A stretch of 51,237 nucleotides of DNA from a virus (IMGVR_UViG_3300017912_002743:1-51237); one strand, 5' to 3'. Shown: positions 1-10,741, counted from the stretch's first letter. Notes: generated from the letters alone by a model not told the origin. A program made the numbers and translations.

Positions 1-1
1 G

Positions 2-1024
2 CAACCACACGCTATCAATTTTTACATTTATCAAACTGAAACCGCATCAGAAAGAGAATCAAGAAATCAAGATTTAGCGAAAAAGGCAGGAGATGGAGAT
101 GAAGGTGCTGCAGCAGCATTAAAGGTTGAAAACGACCGAACTAAATTCCTTGCACTCACAGGTGGTACTTTATTTGGTACTCTCGCAGCTGGTGGATTAA
201 AAGCAGCTAATATTGGCAATCTTGGTTCAGGTGCTGGTGGGTTTGCAGTAGCTGCTGGTGCAACCAAATTGATACAAAACTCTGGTGCAACACAAACAAG
301 AAAAACTAGAAAAATAGATTCATCAATATCTCTTTACATTCCTAACTCACCACAAGCAAAATATGGTGCAGAGTTTAATATTGAAAATATTGGAACTCTT
401 ATGGGTGGAGGTATGGCTGGAGAACTTAAAGTTGCAGATACTTTTGAAAAAATGAAATCAGGTTTTGAAAGCGGTGGACTGTCTGGTGCACTCGAAGCTG
501 GTGCACAATCTGGTCTAGGTAGTGTTTTGGCTCGTACAGTGGCAAGTGCAGGTAACTTACCAAGAGAATTAGGTCTTGGAGATCTAAACGTATCTGGTGC
601 AATTAGATCTGCCACAAGAACAGTTCGTAACCCATACAAAGAACAAATTTTCCAAACAATGGGTTTCAGAAGTTTTGCATTTGAATATAAGTTTGCACCA
701 AGAAATGAAAGAGAACTCCGCGATGTTATGGAGATCGTAAAACTTTTCAAATCACATATGCACCCAGAAAAAGACTTAGGTGGATTATTCTTTACATTCC
801 CTTCTGAGTTTGAAATTGAATATGTTTACAAAAATAGAAAAAACAGATACTTAAATAAAATTGCACCTTGTTTTCTTACAGACTTATCGGTTGATTATGG
901 TAATGGTGGTACATTTACTACCTTTAAAGATGCACGTGGTGCACCTTCAGAAATAACTATGAGTATGGCATTTAGAGAATCAGAACTCTTAACCAGAAGC
1001 CAAATTCAGGAGGAAGGATACTAA
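2..1024 (+). CDS. gp48: Baseplate tail-tube cap (T4 gp48-like), 5'-truncated by the window
   Basis: Frame is open from base 2 into the 269..1024 ORF. Motifs NPYKEQIFQTMGFRSFAFEYKFAP, FTFPSEFEIEY, CFLTDLSVDY and ITMSMAFRESELLT are gp48/gp54-like. Lies directly upstream of gp53. Confidence 0.85.
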   Translation, partial: QPHAINFYIYQTETASERESRNQDLAKKAGDGDEGAAAALKVENDRTKFLALTGGTLFGTLAAGGLKAANIGNLGSGAGGFAVAAGATKLIQNSGATQTRKTRKIDSSISLYIPNSPQAKYGAEFNIENIGTLMGGGMAGELKVADTFEKMKSGFESGGLSGALEAGAQSGLGSVLARTVASAGNLPRELGLGDLNVSGAIRSATRTVRNPYKEQIFQTMGFRSFAFEYKFAPRNERELRDVMEIVKLFKSHMHPEKDLGGLFFTFPSEFEIEYVYKNRKNRYLNKIAPCFLTDLSVDYGNGGTFTTFKDARGAPSEITMSMAFRESELLTRSQIQEEGY

Positions 1025-1527
1025 TGTTTAAACATTTTCCTAACTTCGGATATATTCTCGATGATAAAGTCGTCGCAGTAACCGACATCTTTAGAAAGAT
1101 AAGACTAAGTGAGTTTGCAAATAACGAACTTTTATTAGTAGATTATACAATCGAAGCAGGACAAACTCCTGAGATTGTTGCCGATATATTATATGATGAC
1201 CCAAAACTCTTTTGGACAATCTTGTTAGTCAATGATATTGTGGATCCATATAATGAATGGTATCTTAGTCAAGAAGATTTAAAATTACTTGTTGATCAAA
1301 AATATGGTGTAGGAAATAGTGGTAATACACATCACTGGATTACTATAGATAACCCACTTGTTTGCGTAGAATATAACAGCGCAAAACTTGCAGCTGGAGA
1401 AATAAAAGAAGTTTCTCATTTAGAGCATGAACAATTTGAGAATGATGCAAGGCAAAACATTTCGGTTGTCAATCCTAAATTTATTCAAGATTTCATATCA
1501 GAGTTTAAGCGGTTGATTGATGACTAG
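1024..1527 (+). CDS. gp53: Baseplate wedge subunit (gp53-like, LysM-like)
   Basis: MFKHFP start, YTIEAGQTPEIVADILYDDPKLFWTILLVNDIVDPYNEW; synteny gp48-gp53. Confidence 0.9.
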   Translation: MFKHFPNFGYILDDKVVAVTDIFRKIRLSEFANNELLLVDYTIEAGQTPEIVADILYDDPKLFWTILLVNDIVDPYNEWYLSQEDLKLLVDQKYGVGNSGNTHHWITIDNPLVCVEYNSAKLAAGEIKEVSHLEHEQFENDARQNISVVNPKFIQDFISEFKRLIDD

Positions 1528-2905
1528 AAAAAAAGAAAATTTATCCCAACCTGGAGCAGTCCTAATTGAAGAAGCGTTTATTGTTACCAAAGACGGTACA
1601 ACATTCAGCTTAAAAAACTTCATTGCAGAAATATGTGTTTATGAACATATCAATATGAATGGTATGCATGCAGATATTACCATTGTTGATAGTAATGGTC
1701 TGATCACAGCTGCACCTATATTGGGCGAAGAGACAGTTGTTATAGAGTTTAGAACTCCTACTTTCCAAGATAAATTTAATAGAAACTTTGTTGTATATTC
1801 TGTTGTTAACAGACTCGTTAATAATGACCGTGAGCAATTCTATACACTTAAATGTGTAACACCAGAATTATATGCTGATAACTTTGTACGTTTGACAAGT
1901 AAGTTTGCAGGCGCAACTGATGATTTAGTACAAAATGTTTTTGATCAAATTAAAGTCAAGAGAGGTAAAACTAACAAAGCAAAAGATTCTGAATTGTTTA
2001 TTGCAGAAACACCACATGCTTCTACAAACTACGAATTTATTGCAAACCATTGGTCACCATTTAAATGTCTAAATCATTTAGCGACCAAGAGTATCGGTGC
2101 AGAATCTAACAAATCTAATTTTAAGTTTTTTGAAAACAAGAGTGGATTCTTTTTTGCATCACCAGAAAGTTTGGTAAGAGCGCAAAAGAAAAATCGAGCA
2201 GTATATGATGAATATAATATACAACAAAATCAAACTCAAGAGGTAAGAGAAGATAAACGTAATGGAGGATATAATTATGTCTCTCCTTTTATAAGCAGTC
2301 GATTCAATCAAGTAGAATCAATATATTATCCATCGTTCAAAGATAATATTAGATCTCAGATGGATGGTTATACTGCAAGTTCTATCTACTCTTATGACTT
2401 CACAACCAAAAGATTGGCGGTTATGAAGTTTGATGGAAGACCAGAAAGTAAAGAAATTGCAAAAGAGGATAGAAGGTATATCTCTGAAACATTTGATGAC
2501 TTTGAAACCATATCGAAAATAAATCCAATTCCTGAAGGAACTTTAGGCAATCCATTAGCGAATAGAACTTTTTCTCCGATGGCAACCTCTCCTTATGCAA
2601 CTACTTTTAGTCGTGGTGTTGATCAGATAAGAAATACACTGATCAGAAGATATGGTGATGCAGAGTTAGAAGATAATGTAATGGAGATTACAGTTCCTGG
2701 AAAAACTGACGTTGAAACTGGATTACTTGTAAGATTAATATACCCACAAACAAAAGAACTCGGACAAACTGGTGTTGATAGAACAGAACTAGAAGATCCA
2801 TATATCTCTGGCATTTATCTTATTATAGGTGTTCGTCACGATATTCAAAATGGTCAACACAGCATGACTCTTAGTCTTATGAAAGATAGCTTGGGGGATT
2901 TCTAA
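1520..2905 (+). CDS. Baseplate hub / tail protein (gp27-like fold probable)
   Basis: Located between gp53 and gp5. N-terminal YEHI..HADITIVDSNGL..PILGEE and C-terminal ITVPG..GLLVRL..SGIYLIIGVRH are typical of contractile-tail hub proteins. Confidence 0.65.
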   Translation: MTRKKENLSQPGAVLIEEAFIVTKDGTTFSLKNFIAEICVYEHINMNGMHADITIVDSNGLITAAPILGEETVVIEFRTPTFQDKFNRNFVVYSVVNRLVNNDREQFYTLKCVTPELYADNFVRLTSKFAGATDDLVQNVFDQIKVKRGKTNKAKDSELFIAETPHASTNYEFIANHWSPFKCLNHLATKSIGAESNKSNFKFFENKSGFFFASPESLVRAQKKNRAVYDEYNIQQNQTQEVREDKRNGGYNYVSPFISSRFNQVESIYYPSFKDNIRSQMDGYTASSIYSYDFTTKRLAVMKFDGRPESKEIAKEDRRYISETFDDFETISKINPIPEGTLGNPLANRTFSPMATSPYATTFSRGVDQIRNTLIRRYGDAELEDNVMEITVPGKTDVETGLLVRLIYPQTKELGQTGVDRTELEDPYISGIYLIIGVRHDIQNGQHSMTLSLMKDSLGDF

Positions 2906-4359
2906 TGATTTACGGTGATTTTCAATGGTGGATTGGTACAGTCGAGGATGTAAACGATCCCGAAAAGATAGGTCGTTACAGAGTCAGAATATTAGGATTT
3001 CATACGTCTGATAAATCTGTTCTTGCAACTGAAGATTTGCCATGGGCAATGACAGTACAACCCACATCTTCTGCTGCAATCTCTGGAATCGGTAATACAA
3101 ATATTGGTCTTGTAAATGGTTCAACTGTTGTTGGCTTCTTTACAGACGCTTCTGAACATCAGCTTCCTATCATAATGGGATCTTTAGGTGGTGTTGATTC
3201 TGTTAAAGGTAACGGCGAAACAGGATTCCAAGACCCTGCAGGAGTCTACCCACTAGACAATAAACGCGATGAAGACGTTGGTAGAAATAGAGTTGGCGAA
3301 TCTTCTCTTTCTAGATTGGCTCGTGGTGGTGAAACTGCAGAGAAACATATATCTCTCAAAGCAAAAAGAGGAATGAGAGTAACAGGGCAACCCTTTGCAC
3401 AACCAAGCGAGATAGAAGGCGAACCAACACCATTCCCTAAAATAAAACCAGAAACTTGGGATGAACCTTATGCACAGGGTTCAGAAAAATCTAAAACACA
3501 ATATCCTTATAATAATGTCCATGAATATGAATCTGGTCATGTAATGGAAGTTGACGATACTCCTGGAGCCGAAAGAATCCACACGTATCATAAGTCAGGT
3601 TCTTTTGTAGAGTTTCAACCAGATGGTTCACGTGTTCAAAAAATTGTAGGCGATGATTTCGAGATTGTTTATGGAAACAAAACATTGCACGTTGAAGGCG
3701 ACCTTACAATCAATGTAACTCGCGGTAATGTAAATATCAAGGTAGACAAAGGCGATGTTGTTGAGGATTATGCAGGAAATATTTACTCTACTATCAGAAA
3801 AGGTAGATATGCAAAAGTCCAAGGTAATGATATGCTTGATGTTCTTTCTGATCAGAAAGTAAATATCAGTGGTAGTAGATATACTGTTGTTAACTGCGCA
3901 ACGTCTGGACCACCGATAACGATTCCATTTATTGGTCAGGTTCCAGCAGGTTCAGATACTTTGTTAGTCAAGGGTTCAAAAGCCACACAAATTGGTATGA
4001 ATCGTAACCTACACGTTGGTGCAAGAAATAATATTAGAAGTATGGGTAAAACTCACTTCACTGTTGGTGTTACTCCAAACTTAGAAGGATTCGCAGTTAC
4101 AACAATAGGTAACATTGACTTGTCTGCTGGGTCATTATCTAAAATCAGTACTTCAGCAGGACAAACGAACATTGCTTCAGTATTAAATACAAACATTGAC
4201 ACAGGCGGTATTTTAGCAGTAACAACTGTTGGAGCGATGGCAGTACAATCAGCTGCAGCAACTTATACGCATGCAGCAACAATATTTAATACCGCATCAA
4301 CAGTATACAATGCAGGCACACTGTTCGATGTGAATGCTGTAGCGATTACACTAAACTAG
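2905..4359 (+). CDS. gp5: Baseplate central spike gp5 (OB-fold plus beta-helix, no lysozyme domain)
   Basis: WWIGTVEDVNDPEKIGRYRVRILGFH, LPWA, GSTVVGFF (OB domain); YPYNNVHEYESGHVMEVDDTPGAERIHTYHKSG; beta-rich C-terminus ending ITLN. Confidence 0.9.
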   Translation: MIYGDFQWWIGTVEDVNDPEKIGRYRVRILGFHTSDKSVLATEDLPWAMTVQPTSSAAISGIGNTNIGLVNGSTVVGFFTDASEHQLPIIMGSLGGVDSVKGNGETGFQDPAGVYPLDNKRDEDVGRNRVGESSLSRLARGGETAEKHISLKAKRGMRVTGQPFAQPSEIEGEPTPFPKIKPETWDEPYAQGSEKSKTQYPYNNVHEYESGHVMEVDDTPGAERIHTYHKSGSFVEFQPDGSRVQKIVGDDFEIVYGNKTLHVEGDLTINVTRGNVNIKVDKGDVVEDYAGNIYSTIRKGRYAKVQGNDMLDVLSDQKVNISGSRYTVVNCATSGPPITIPFIGQVPAGSDTLLVKGSKATQIGMNRNLHVGARNNIRSMGKTHFTVGVTPNLEGFAVTTIGNIDLSAGSLSKISTSAGQTNIASVLNTNIDTGGILAVTTVGAMAVQSAAATYTHAATIFNTASTVYNAGTLFDVNAVAITLN

Positions 4360-4368
4360 GAGGAATAA

Positions 4369-5004
4369 ATGAGTTGTGGAGCACCAAAAGAATTATTAGA
4401 TCTTGTAGACGGTATTAATGGAGTTATTGATACTGTCGAACTCGGTATTGCAGCACTCCCTAAACGTATTGCCTCAATTCCTGGATATACAGAGATTGTT
4501 ATGGCAACGCAAGTTGCAAACGATCTAAAATTATATAAGTCATTGTTAGACGATCCTCTTGCTTTATTGGAGATGGCAGTTCCTTCCTTGCCACAAGAGT
4601 TTCAAGACTTTATTGATGCAGGTAACTCACTTGTTGCAGAGACAGAAGAAAAATTAAATCTTGTCAGCAGTATTGCAGAAAGGTATGGCGACCTTGATAT
4701 AGGAGATCCAGAAGAATTACTGGATGCATTGAATGACCTTGGAGGAGATATTGATAAACTATGTACTATCATTCCAAACATTCAAGAGAGATTTGGCGAG
4801 TTAATTGAGATGGGTAAACCATTAACAGGAACTGTTGAAAGACCAATTAATCCTATTCCAAAACTCGCTGCTCCCTTTGTCAAGGGGTTGAAAGATCTAA
4901 AAGACGAACTTGCAGATGGGTTTGATACACCAGCAGATGAAGACAAACCACAAACTTGGGATGATATTGTATATGAAACATCTCAAAACTATCTTTTACA
5001 GTAA
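4369..5004 (+). CDS. Hypothetical helical protein in baseplate module
   Basis: 211-aa ORF with AGGAGG RBS, between gp5 and gp25. Confidence 0.7.
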   Translation: MSCGAPKELLDLVDGINGVIDTVELGIAALPKRIASIPGYTEIVMATQVANDLKLYKSLLDDPLALLEMAVPSLPQEFQDFIDAGNSLVAETEEKLNLVSSIAERYGDLDIGDPEELLDALNDLGGDIDKLCTIIPNIQERFGELIEMGKPLTGTVERPINPIPKLAAPFVKGLKDLKDELADGFDTPADEDKPQTWDDIVYETSQNYLLQ

Positions 5005-5009
5005 AGGCG

Positions 5010-5017
5010 TATAAATA
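5010..5017 (+). promoter_or_regulatory. T4-type late promoter
   Basis: Exact TATAAATA, intergenic, 5 nt before the gp25 ATG. Confidence 0.8.
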
Positions 5018-5022
5018 AGGGT

Positions 5023-5424
5023 ATGGCAGTCACTAATACACCAAAAAGAGTCTACAAAGATATCGACATGGCATTCAAGCCAAATATTCTTACAAAAGAT
5101 GTCGGTAAAAAAGTGGATGTAAATGCCGTCAAACAAGCATTAAAAAATATCTTGTTGACGAGGAAAGGCGAGAAACCATTTCAACCGAATTATGGTTCTG
5201 GTGTTTACGATCTATTGTTTGAACCAATGGATTACTTTGTAAGTAGTATTATGCAAAAAGAAATTGAAACAACTTTGACTAATTACGAGCCAAGAATTGA
5301 ATTGATTGACGTTCAATGTAATCCAAATTTTGATTTGGATAATTACGAAATAAGAATAGAATTTTATGTAGTCGGCGTAAAAGATCCGCAAGTCTACACA
5401 AACGTATTGGAGAGATTAAGATAA
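5023..5424 (+). CDS. gp25: Baseplate wedge subunit gp25
   Basis: YKDIDMAF, AVKQALKNILLTRKGEKPFQPNYGS, LLFE, NYEPRI motifs. Confidence 0.93.
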   Translation: MAVTNTPKRVYKDIDMAFKPNILTKDVGKKVDVNAVKQALKNILLTRKGEKPFQPNYGSGVYDLLFEPMDYFVSSIMQKEIETTLTNYEPRIELIDVQCNPNFDLDNYEIRIEFYVVGVKDPQVYTNVLERLR

Positions 5425-5747
5425 TGCCTGCAGCTGCACACTTGGGAGATATTACAACAAACGCACACGGATGCCAAACATCAGTGCCGATTGATACTTC
5501 GGCAGCTAATATTGCACTCGCATCTGGTGTTACAATTGATGGAATCTCTGCAGCTGTTGTTGGAAGTCAATTACAAGCACATACGATATTATCAGGTTCT
5601 AGTTGTGTACCGCATGCAGGTCAGACAGTAACATCTGGAAGCACAACAGTTAAAGTTGGTGGTAAAGCATTGGCATATCAGGGGGCAACTGTATCGTGTC
5701 CAGGAACAATAACAGGTGCAGCAGGAACGGTAACTGTTGGCGCATAA
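5424..5747 (+). CDS. PAAR-repeat spike tip protein (gp5.4-like)
   Basis: MPAAAHLGD start; His/Cys residues (HGC, HT, CVPH, SC); GSTTVKVGGK and ends TVTVGA. Confidence 0.8.
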   Translation: MPAAAHLGDITTNAHGCQTSVPIDTSAANIALASGVTIDGISAAVVGSQLQAHTILSGSSCVPHAGQTVTSGSTTVKVGGKALAYQGATVSCPGTITGAAGTVTVGA

Positions 5748-5765
5748 AAATAAAAAGAGTCTAAA

Positions 5766-7685
5766 ATGGCAGTAAGAAAATTAACAGAACTAGAATTTGA
5801 TCAAATCAAAACAAACCTAAAGACTTTCTTGTCTGATCAGTCGCAATATTCTGATTACGACTTTGAAGCATCTGGTCTTAGCGTTTTAATTGATCTATTA
5901 GCATATAATACTCAATACAATGCAATGTTGGCACATATGGTGACCAATGAAGCATTTTTAGACTCAGCTGTCAAAAGAAGTTCCGTTGCTTCTATTGCAA
6001 AGACGATGGGTTATACAGCAAGATCTGCTCGTGCTTCAGCTGCTGTAATCAATCTTACAATTACAAATGTACCTTCTTCATATACAAGCAGTTCTTTTAC
6101 ACTATCAAAAGAAAGGGCATTTACTGCCTCTTCTGGCGGTAAGACATTTAAGTTTTATCCAGACAAAGACTATACAGTAAACAAAACACAACAGAATAAT
6201 GTAGATGGATTCTACTTTACAAACGTAAGATTAGTAGAAGGAGTTAGAGTCGACAATTCAGAAATTATAGATGCAACTTCCTTACAAGGTCCAGTCTTAA
6301 TGGCTAACCCTGATGTTGATACAACTACAGTTACTTGTGTTGTTCAGGAAAGCATAAGCGACAGTACAAGCACAACATTTAATTTTGCAGATAATATTCT
6401 AAATGTTACATCAACTTCAAACGTATTTTATATAGAAGAAGCATTGAATGGATTTTATGAAGTAAGGTTTGGTGATGGTGTTATTGGTAAAAAATTAACA
6501 GCAGGTAATATTGTCCGTCTTAACTATATTGCAGCTGGTGGTCCAGCAGCAAACGGTATTAAATCATTTACACCACCTAACGTATTCATTGGATCGGGAG
6601 AGACAGTTTCAGTAACTCTTGTATCTGAATCTTCTGGTGGTGCAAAACAAGAAAGTGTAGATAGTATTCGATTTAATGCACCTAGATTTAATGCAACTAA
6701 AAATAGAGCAGTTACAACTAACGATTATCAAGCACTTATTCTTTCAGCAAATCCAAACGTAAAATCAGTTGCTGTCTGGGGTGGTGAAGATAATGACCCA
6801 CCAATTTATGGTAAGGTATTTATTTCATTGCAGGCAAAACCTGGATTGGTAATTACGCAAGATGACAAAGATAACCTTCTTAGAGAAACAATTGAACCAA
6901 GACAACCAGTATCAATTACTGCTGAATTTGTAGATCCAGAGTTTACTTATATTGGATTAAATGTCGGTGTTACATACGATTCTAAGAAAACTACATTGAC
7001 AGAAGGTGCACTTACAACTCTCGTAAATAATGAAATCACTAGCTATTTTGATACACAACTAAATGCATTAGACAAAAACTTTTATTACTCTGTTCTTTCT
7101 TCTAGGATTGTTGGTCTATCTACTTCCTTTATTGCTGTTAATTTAGAATTAAGATTACAGAAAAGAGTAACTCCAACTTTGGACTCAATCGTAAAATATA
7201 CATTGCCATTCAATAATAAGATTCAACCACTTTCAGTTTCAAGTGGATTCTTTAGTGCTAAAATTGACCAAGCGACATATTCTGTTTATATAGCAGATGT
7301 CCCAGATGCAAATGTTGTTGCACCAGCTTATAGTGGTAAAGGAACAATCGTACTTAAAACATCAGATAAAAATGTTGTTGTAGATGCAAATGCAGGAACT
7401 ATTGATTATGATACAGGTAAAATAGAATTTAATTCACTGAATATTCAAGCCATATCTGGTTCTCATGCAACACTAAGTGTTACTTGTCAACCACACGAAA
7501 GTCAAAAAGATATCAAAACTGATATACTTCTTAGAACTGCAGAGGTAAGTAGTAACGGTTCGGCTGTTCTTCCTACTGCTTCTAAAAACTATATCTTAAC
7601 ACAGGATAATTCAACTGCTGACATTCCTAATAATATAAGGGCAGGAACCACTGTAAACTTAACAGCACGTGTAACGGATAAGTAA
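5766..7685 (+). CDS. gp6: Baseplate wedge subunit gp6
   Basis: LEFDQIKTNL, DYDFEASGLSVLIDLLAYNTQYNA, NEAFLDSA, FGDGVIGKK, RAVTTNDY, WGGEDNDPPIYGKVFIS. Confidence 0.95.
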   Translation: MAVRKLTELEFDQIKTNLKTFLSDQSQYSDYDFEASGLSVLIDLLAYNTQYNAMLAHMVTNEAFLDSAVKRSSVASIAKTMGYTARSARASAAVINLTITNVPSSYTSSSFTLSKERAFTASSGGKTFKFYPDKDYTVNKTQQNNVDGFYFTNVRLVEGVRVDNSEIIDATSLQGPVLMANPDVDTTTVTCVVQESISDSTSTTFNFADNILNVTSTSNVFYIEEALNGFYEVRFGDGVIGKKLTAGNIVRLNYIAAGGPAANGIKSFTPPNVFIGSGETVSVTLVSESSGGAKQESVDSIRFNAPRFNATKNRAVTTNDYQALILSANPNVKSVAVWGGEDNDPPIYGKVFISLQAKPGLVITQDDKDNLLRETIEPRQPVSITAEFVDPEFTYIGLNVGVTYDSKKTTLTEGALTTLVNNEITSYFDTQLNALDKNFYYSVLSSRIVGLSTSFIAVNLELRLQKRVTPTLDSIVKYTLPFNNKIQPLSVSSGFFSAKIDQATYSVYIADVPDANVVAPAYSGKGTIVLKTSDKNVVVDANAGTIDYDTGKIEFNSLNIQAISGSHATLSVTCQPHESQKDIKTDILLRTAEVSSNGSAVLPTASKNYILTQDNSTADIPNNIRAGTTVNLTARVTDK

Positions 7686-7687
7686 TA

Positions 7688-10600
7688 ATGGCAAGATCAG
7701 CACCGCGATTTAGAAGATTTATCGAGTCGATAACTATTACCAATGCAGGTAATAACTATTCTTCGATTCCGACTGAAACTGAAATCTTTATCACTGCTCC
7801 TTCTGGATCTCCTGAGTCTGATCAGGTGCAAGCTACTGCAACTGTAGATATTCAAAACGGTCAAGTTTCATCTATCACATTAACGAATCAGGGTGATGGT
7901 TATGGAGATATCCCACAAGTTTATATTCGTTCTGGTATTGGAATCGGAACTTCATCCTTAACAAATACAACAACAGCTGATACAAGAAGAGACGCTGGAA
8001 CATATACAGGAGTTGCTGTTGTATCTATGAAAGCTGGTACAGGTGCACTCGCCACAGTTGTAGTAGATTCTAATGGTGCTGTAACTTCGGTAGATGTTAC
8101 AACTTCTGGTTCTTCCTATATGGAAGGCGAAACTGTTACAATTAGTGATATTTCTATTGGTGGTGTTAACAATGCACCAGATATGACATTTACTGTTGCT
8201 CAAAATGTGGGTGGCGGTAATGGTGCAATTCTTACACCAGTCTTAAATACAATTGCTAGAACTCCTGGATATTTTCACGACAATATGTCGTATCTTATCG
8301 ACTCACAAATACCAGATTTTATTCATACAGATTATCCTAACTTTGCAAGGTTTATTAAAGATTATTTCAAATATTTGGATCTTGGACCAACTGAGTTGGG
8401 TGCATTAAACCTTACAGACGGTCAAACAAAACACGCTCCAAATCATCTCCTTCAGGAATTAATCGATAAACTAAATCTTGATCACAGCATAGAAGCGACA
8501 GATGATTTCTTAGAGCCATTATTAGAACAATATGCAATCGACTTCCCAGCATCTGCTGAAGTAGATTCAAGACTTCTTATTAAGAATATAAGATCTTTCT
8601 TCGAATCAAAAGGTTCAAGGAGAGGTGTTGAAGAATTCTTTAAATTAATGTTTAATGAAGATGTTGAAGTATTCCTTCCATCTGAATTTATATTAAGACC
8701 CTCTGATGGTATCTACAATAAAGAATTAACTATCAAGGCATATGCAAATACTGAAATATCTCCAAACCCAGATCCTCTAAGTCTTAGGGGTAAACGTGTT
8801 GATGTCCACTATTACGAATCAACAGCATCTATTACAGCAAGAAAAGTAATTAACACATCTGTAACTCGTGTTAAAGAAATTGCTTACACTGCACCAACTG
8901 CATATGAGATGACTCTTGACCTTCCTGGAGGCACGATAATTCCTGGACAGGGTGTTGAGGGTGAGTTGACAGCTGTCATTGGTGGTAGAATTGCAACCGT
9001 AGGAACTATCGGTGCAGCAGATGCACTAAGAACTGCAGGAACATATGATATTGATACTGGCTTTACTACAGATGGAAATGGTTCAGGTGCAGAATTTACA
9101 GTAGTTGTAAACTCCTCTGGTGCAGCAACTATTACAGTCGATACAGTTGGTGATAATTATGCACCAGATGAAACGATTACGATTCCAGATTCTCTTTTAG
9201 GTGGCGGTGGAGCAGCTGCTCTTACATTTAAAGTTGCTACAATCACAAACGGTAAAATTTTCTCGGTAACTATTACTGACGGTGGTGCAGGTTATTCTGC
9301 AAACCCTGCTGTTATCATTCAACCAAATGCAGCAGATACTATTACAACCACAGCAGTTATTGATACAAGGTTGACGAATGGCTCAATATCTAATACAGTG
9401 TTTGTTAATAACGTGCAAGGTGTTGGATATAATAACGTACCAAACTTAATCCTTAATACAGACGCGGTAAGGTCTTGGATTGGTCTTGAAGGACTTTCTG
9501 ATGTTATTGGTAATAAGACTGCATTCCTTACACGTGTGCTTAATAGTGTCGCACTTAAAACAAACTCAGGCACGTCAAATGGTGGGTTTGTTGTAGGTGA
9601 AACATTTAAAGTTTCAGAAACTGGTGATATTCTTGGTGTGTATGCGATTGATTACTTTGCACAAGATTATACAATCACTGGTATTGATAACAACGCATTG
9701 GTACGAATAAAAACTTTGGATACAAATAATTATCCATCAGTCCTTGAAGTTATATCAACTGGTACAGGTTTCCAAAGATCTTCTTTTGATTTTGTTCTTA
9801 GATCTGAAACGAATGAAACTGCAACTATTAGTTGTTCTACAGGTTTCTCTCATACATTTCCTGGAGCATTTAAAAACTCTCGTGGATTCTTGTCTGATGC
9901 AAACAAAATTCAAGACAACGCAGTTTATCAAAACTTTGCTTATCAGGTAAGAACTTCAAGACCAAAAACACAATGGGGTGAATTGTTAGACCGTATTGCA
10001 CACCCAGCTGGTATGATAGCTTGGACTGATTTGCAGATATTGCAAACAGTAAATATGGGTGCAGACTTTGATGCACAACCAGACATTATTGTATTCCGTT
10101 TGTTTGCTGAAATTGAGAACCCACTCGTTGACGATTCACCAGCATTATTCTTCCACAAACCAGCTATTGCAGATTCAGTAGATTGGGCTGATCAGAGAAC
10201 AGGTGCATCAACTGATACTATCTTGTTGTTTCCTCATCTCGGTAAAGTTGAAAGCCCAGACGTTGATGATCAGATTAACAAATTTGATGTTACAATGGCT
10301 AAGACTGAAAGCGTTGACTGGTCAGAAGCTGTTGCGAAAGACGTACATCTGCCTTCTGTCTCAGATTCGGTTGATTGGTCTGAATTAGTAGACCTCTTAC
10401 TCGTTATTCTTCGTAATCCAGAAGACTCGATTGATTGGGCAGAAACTGTTGTTAGAACAGTAGAACTAAATAAAACTGAAAGCGTTGACTGGACAGATGT
10501 TGCTGTTAAATTCCCACAACTGGTTAAAACAGAATCAGTGGATTGGGCACAAAGTGTTAACAGACAATCAGAAAATGCATACACAGAAGACCCTGATGTT

Positions 10601-10741
10601 GACGATGCTCCAGTATTATTATTTACAGGTGCACAGACAGAGAGCATAGGATGGGGTGAGAGCGGTCAAATTATCGCACAGAACTATGCAGGAGATTATT
10701 TCGCCGAAGATTATGTTGGCGAAGTTAGAAGTATTTCTTAA
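7688..10741 (+). CDS. gp7: Baseplate wedge initiator (gp7-like) with inserted modules and C-terminal repeats
   Basis: QIPDFI..YPNFARFIKDYFKYL, LLIKNIRSFFESKGS, ILRPSDG, GFLSDANKIQDNAVYQNFAY and HPAGM motifs; position between gp6 and gp8. Confidence 0.75.
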   Translation: MARSAPRFRRFIESITITNAGNNYSSIPTETEIFITAPSGSPESDQVQATATVDIQNGQVSSITLTNQGDGYGDIPQVYIRSGIGIGTSSLTNTTTADTRRDAGTYTGVAVVSMKAGTGALATVVVDSNGAVTSVDVTTSGSSYMEGETVTISDISIGGVNNAPDMTFTVAQNVGGGNGAILTPVLNTIARTPGYFHDNMSYLIDSQIPDFIHTDYPNFARFIKDYFKYLDLGPTELGALNLTDGQTKHAPNHLLQELIDKLNLDHSIEATDDFLEPLLEQYAIDFPASAEVDSRLLIKNIRSFFESKGSRRGVEEFFKLMFNEDVEVFLPSEFILRPSDGIYNKELTIKAYANTEISPNPDPLSLRGKRVDVHYYESTASITARKVINTSVTRVKEIAYTAPTAYEMTLDLPGGTIIPGQGVEGELTAVIGGRIATVGTIGAADALRTAGTYDIDTGFTTDGNGSGAEFTVVVNSSGAATITVDTVGDNYAPDETITIPDSLLGGGGAAALTFKVATITNGKIFSVTITDGGAGYSANPAVIIQPNAADTITTTAVIDTRLTNGSISNTVFVNNVQGVGYNNVPNLILNTDAVRSWIGLEGLSDVIGNKTAFLTRVLNSVALKTNSGTSNGGFVVGETFKVSETGDILGVYAIDYFAQDYTITGIDNNALVRIKTLDTNNYPSVLEVISTGTGFQRSSFDFVLRSETNETATISCSTGFSHTFPGAFKNSRGFLSDANKIQDNAVYQNFAYQVRTSRPKTQWGELLDRIAHPAGMIAWTDLQILQTVNMGADFDAQPDIIVFRLFAEIENPLVDDSPALFFHKPAIADSVDWADQRTGASTDTILLFPHLGKVESPDVDDQINKFDVTMAKTESVDWSEAVAKDVHLPSVSDSVDWSELVDLLLVILRNPEDSIDWAETVVRTVELNKTESVDWTDVAVKFPQLVKTESVDWAQSVNRQSENAYTEDPDVDDAPVLLFTGAQTESIGWGESGQIIAQNYAGDYFAEDYVGEVRSIS
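10165..10665 (+). repeat. About 9 degenerate ~19-aa repeats (KTESVDW-like) in gp7 C-terminus
   Basis: DSVDW, ESPDV, KTESVDW, SDSVDW, EDSIDW, KTESVDW, KTESVDW, TEDPDV, TESIGW in the translation. Confidence 0.8.
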
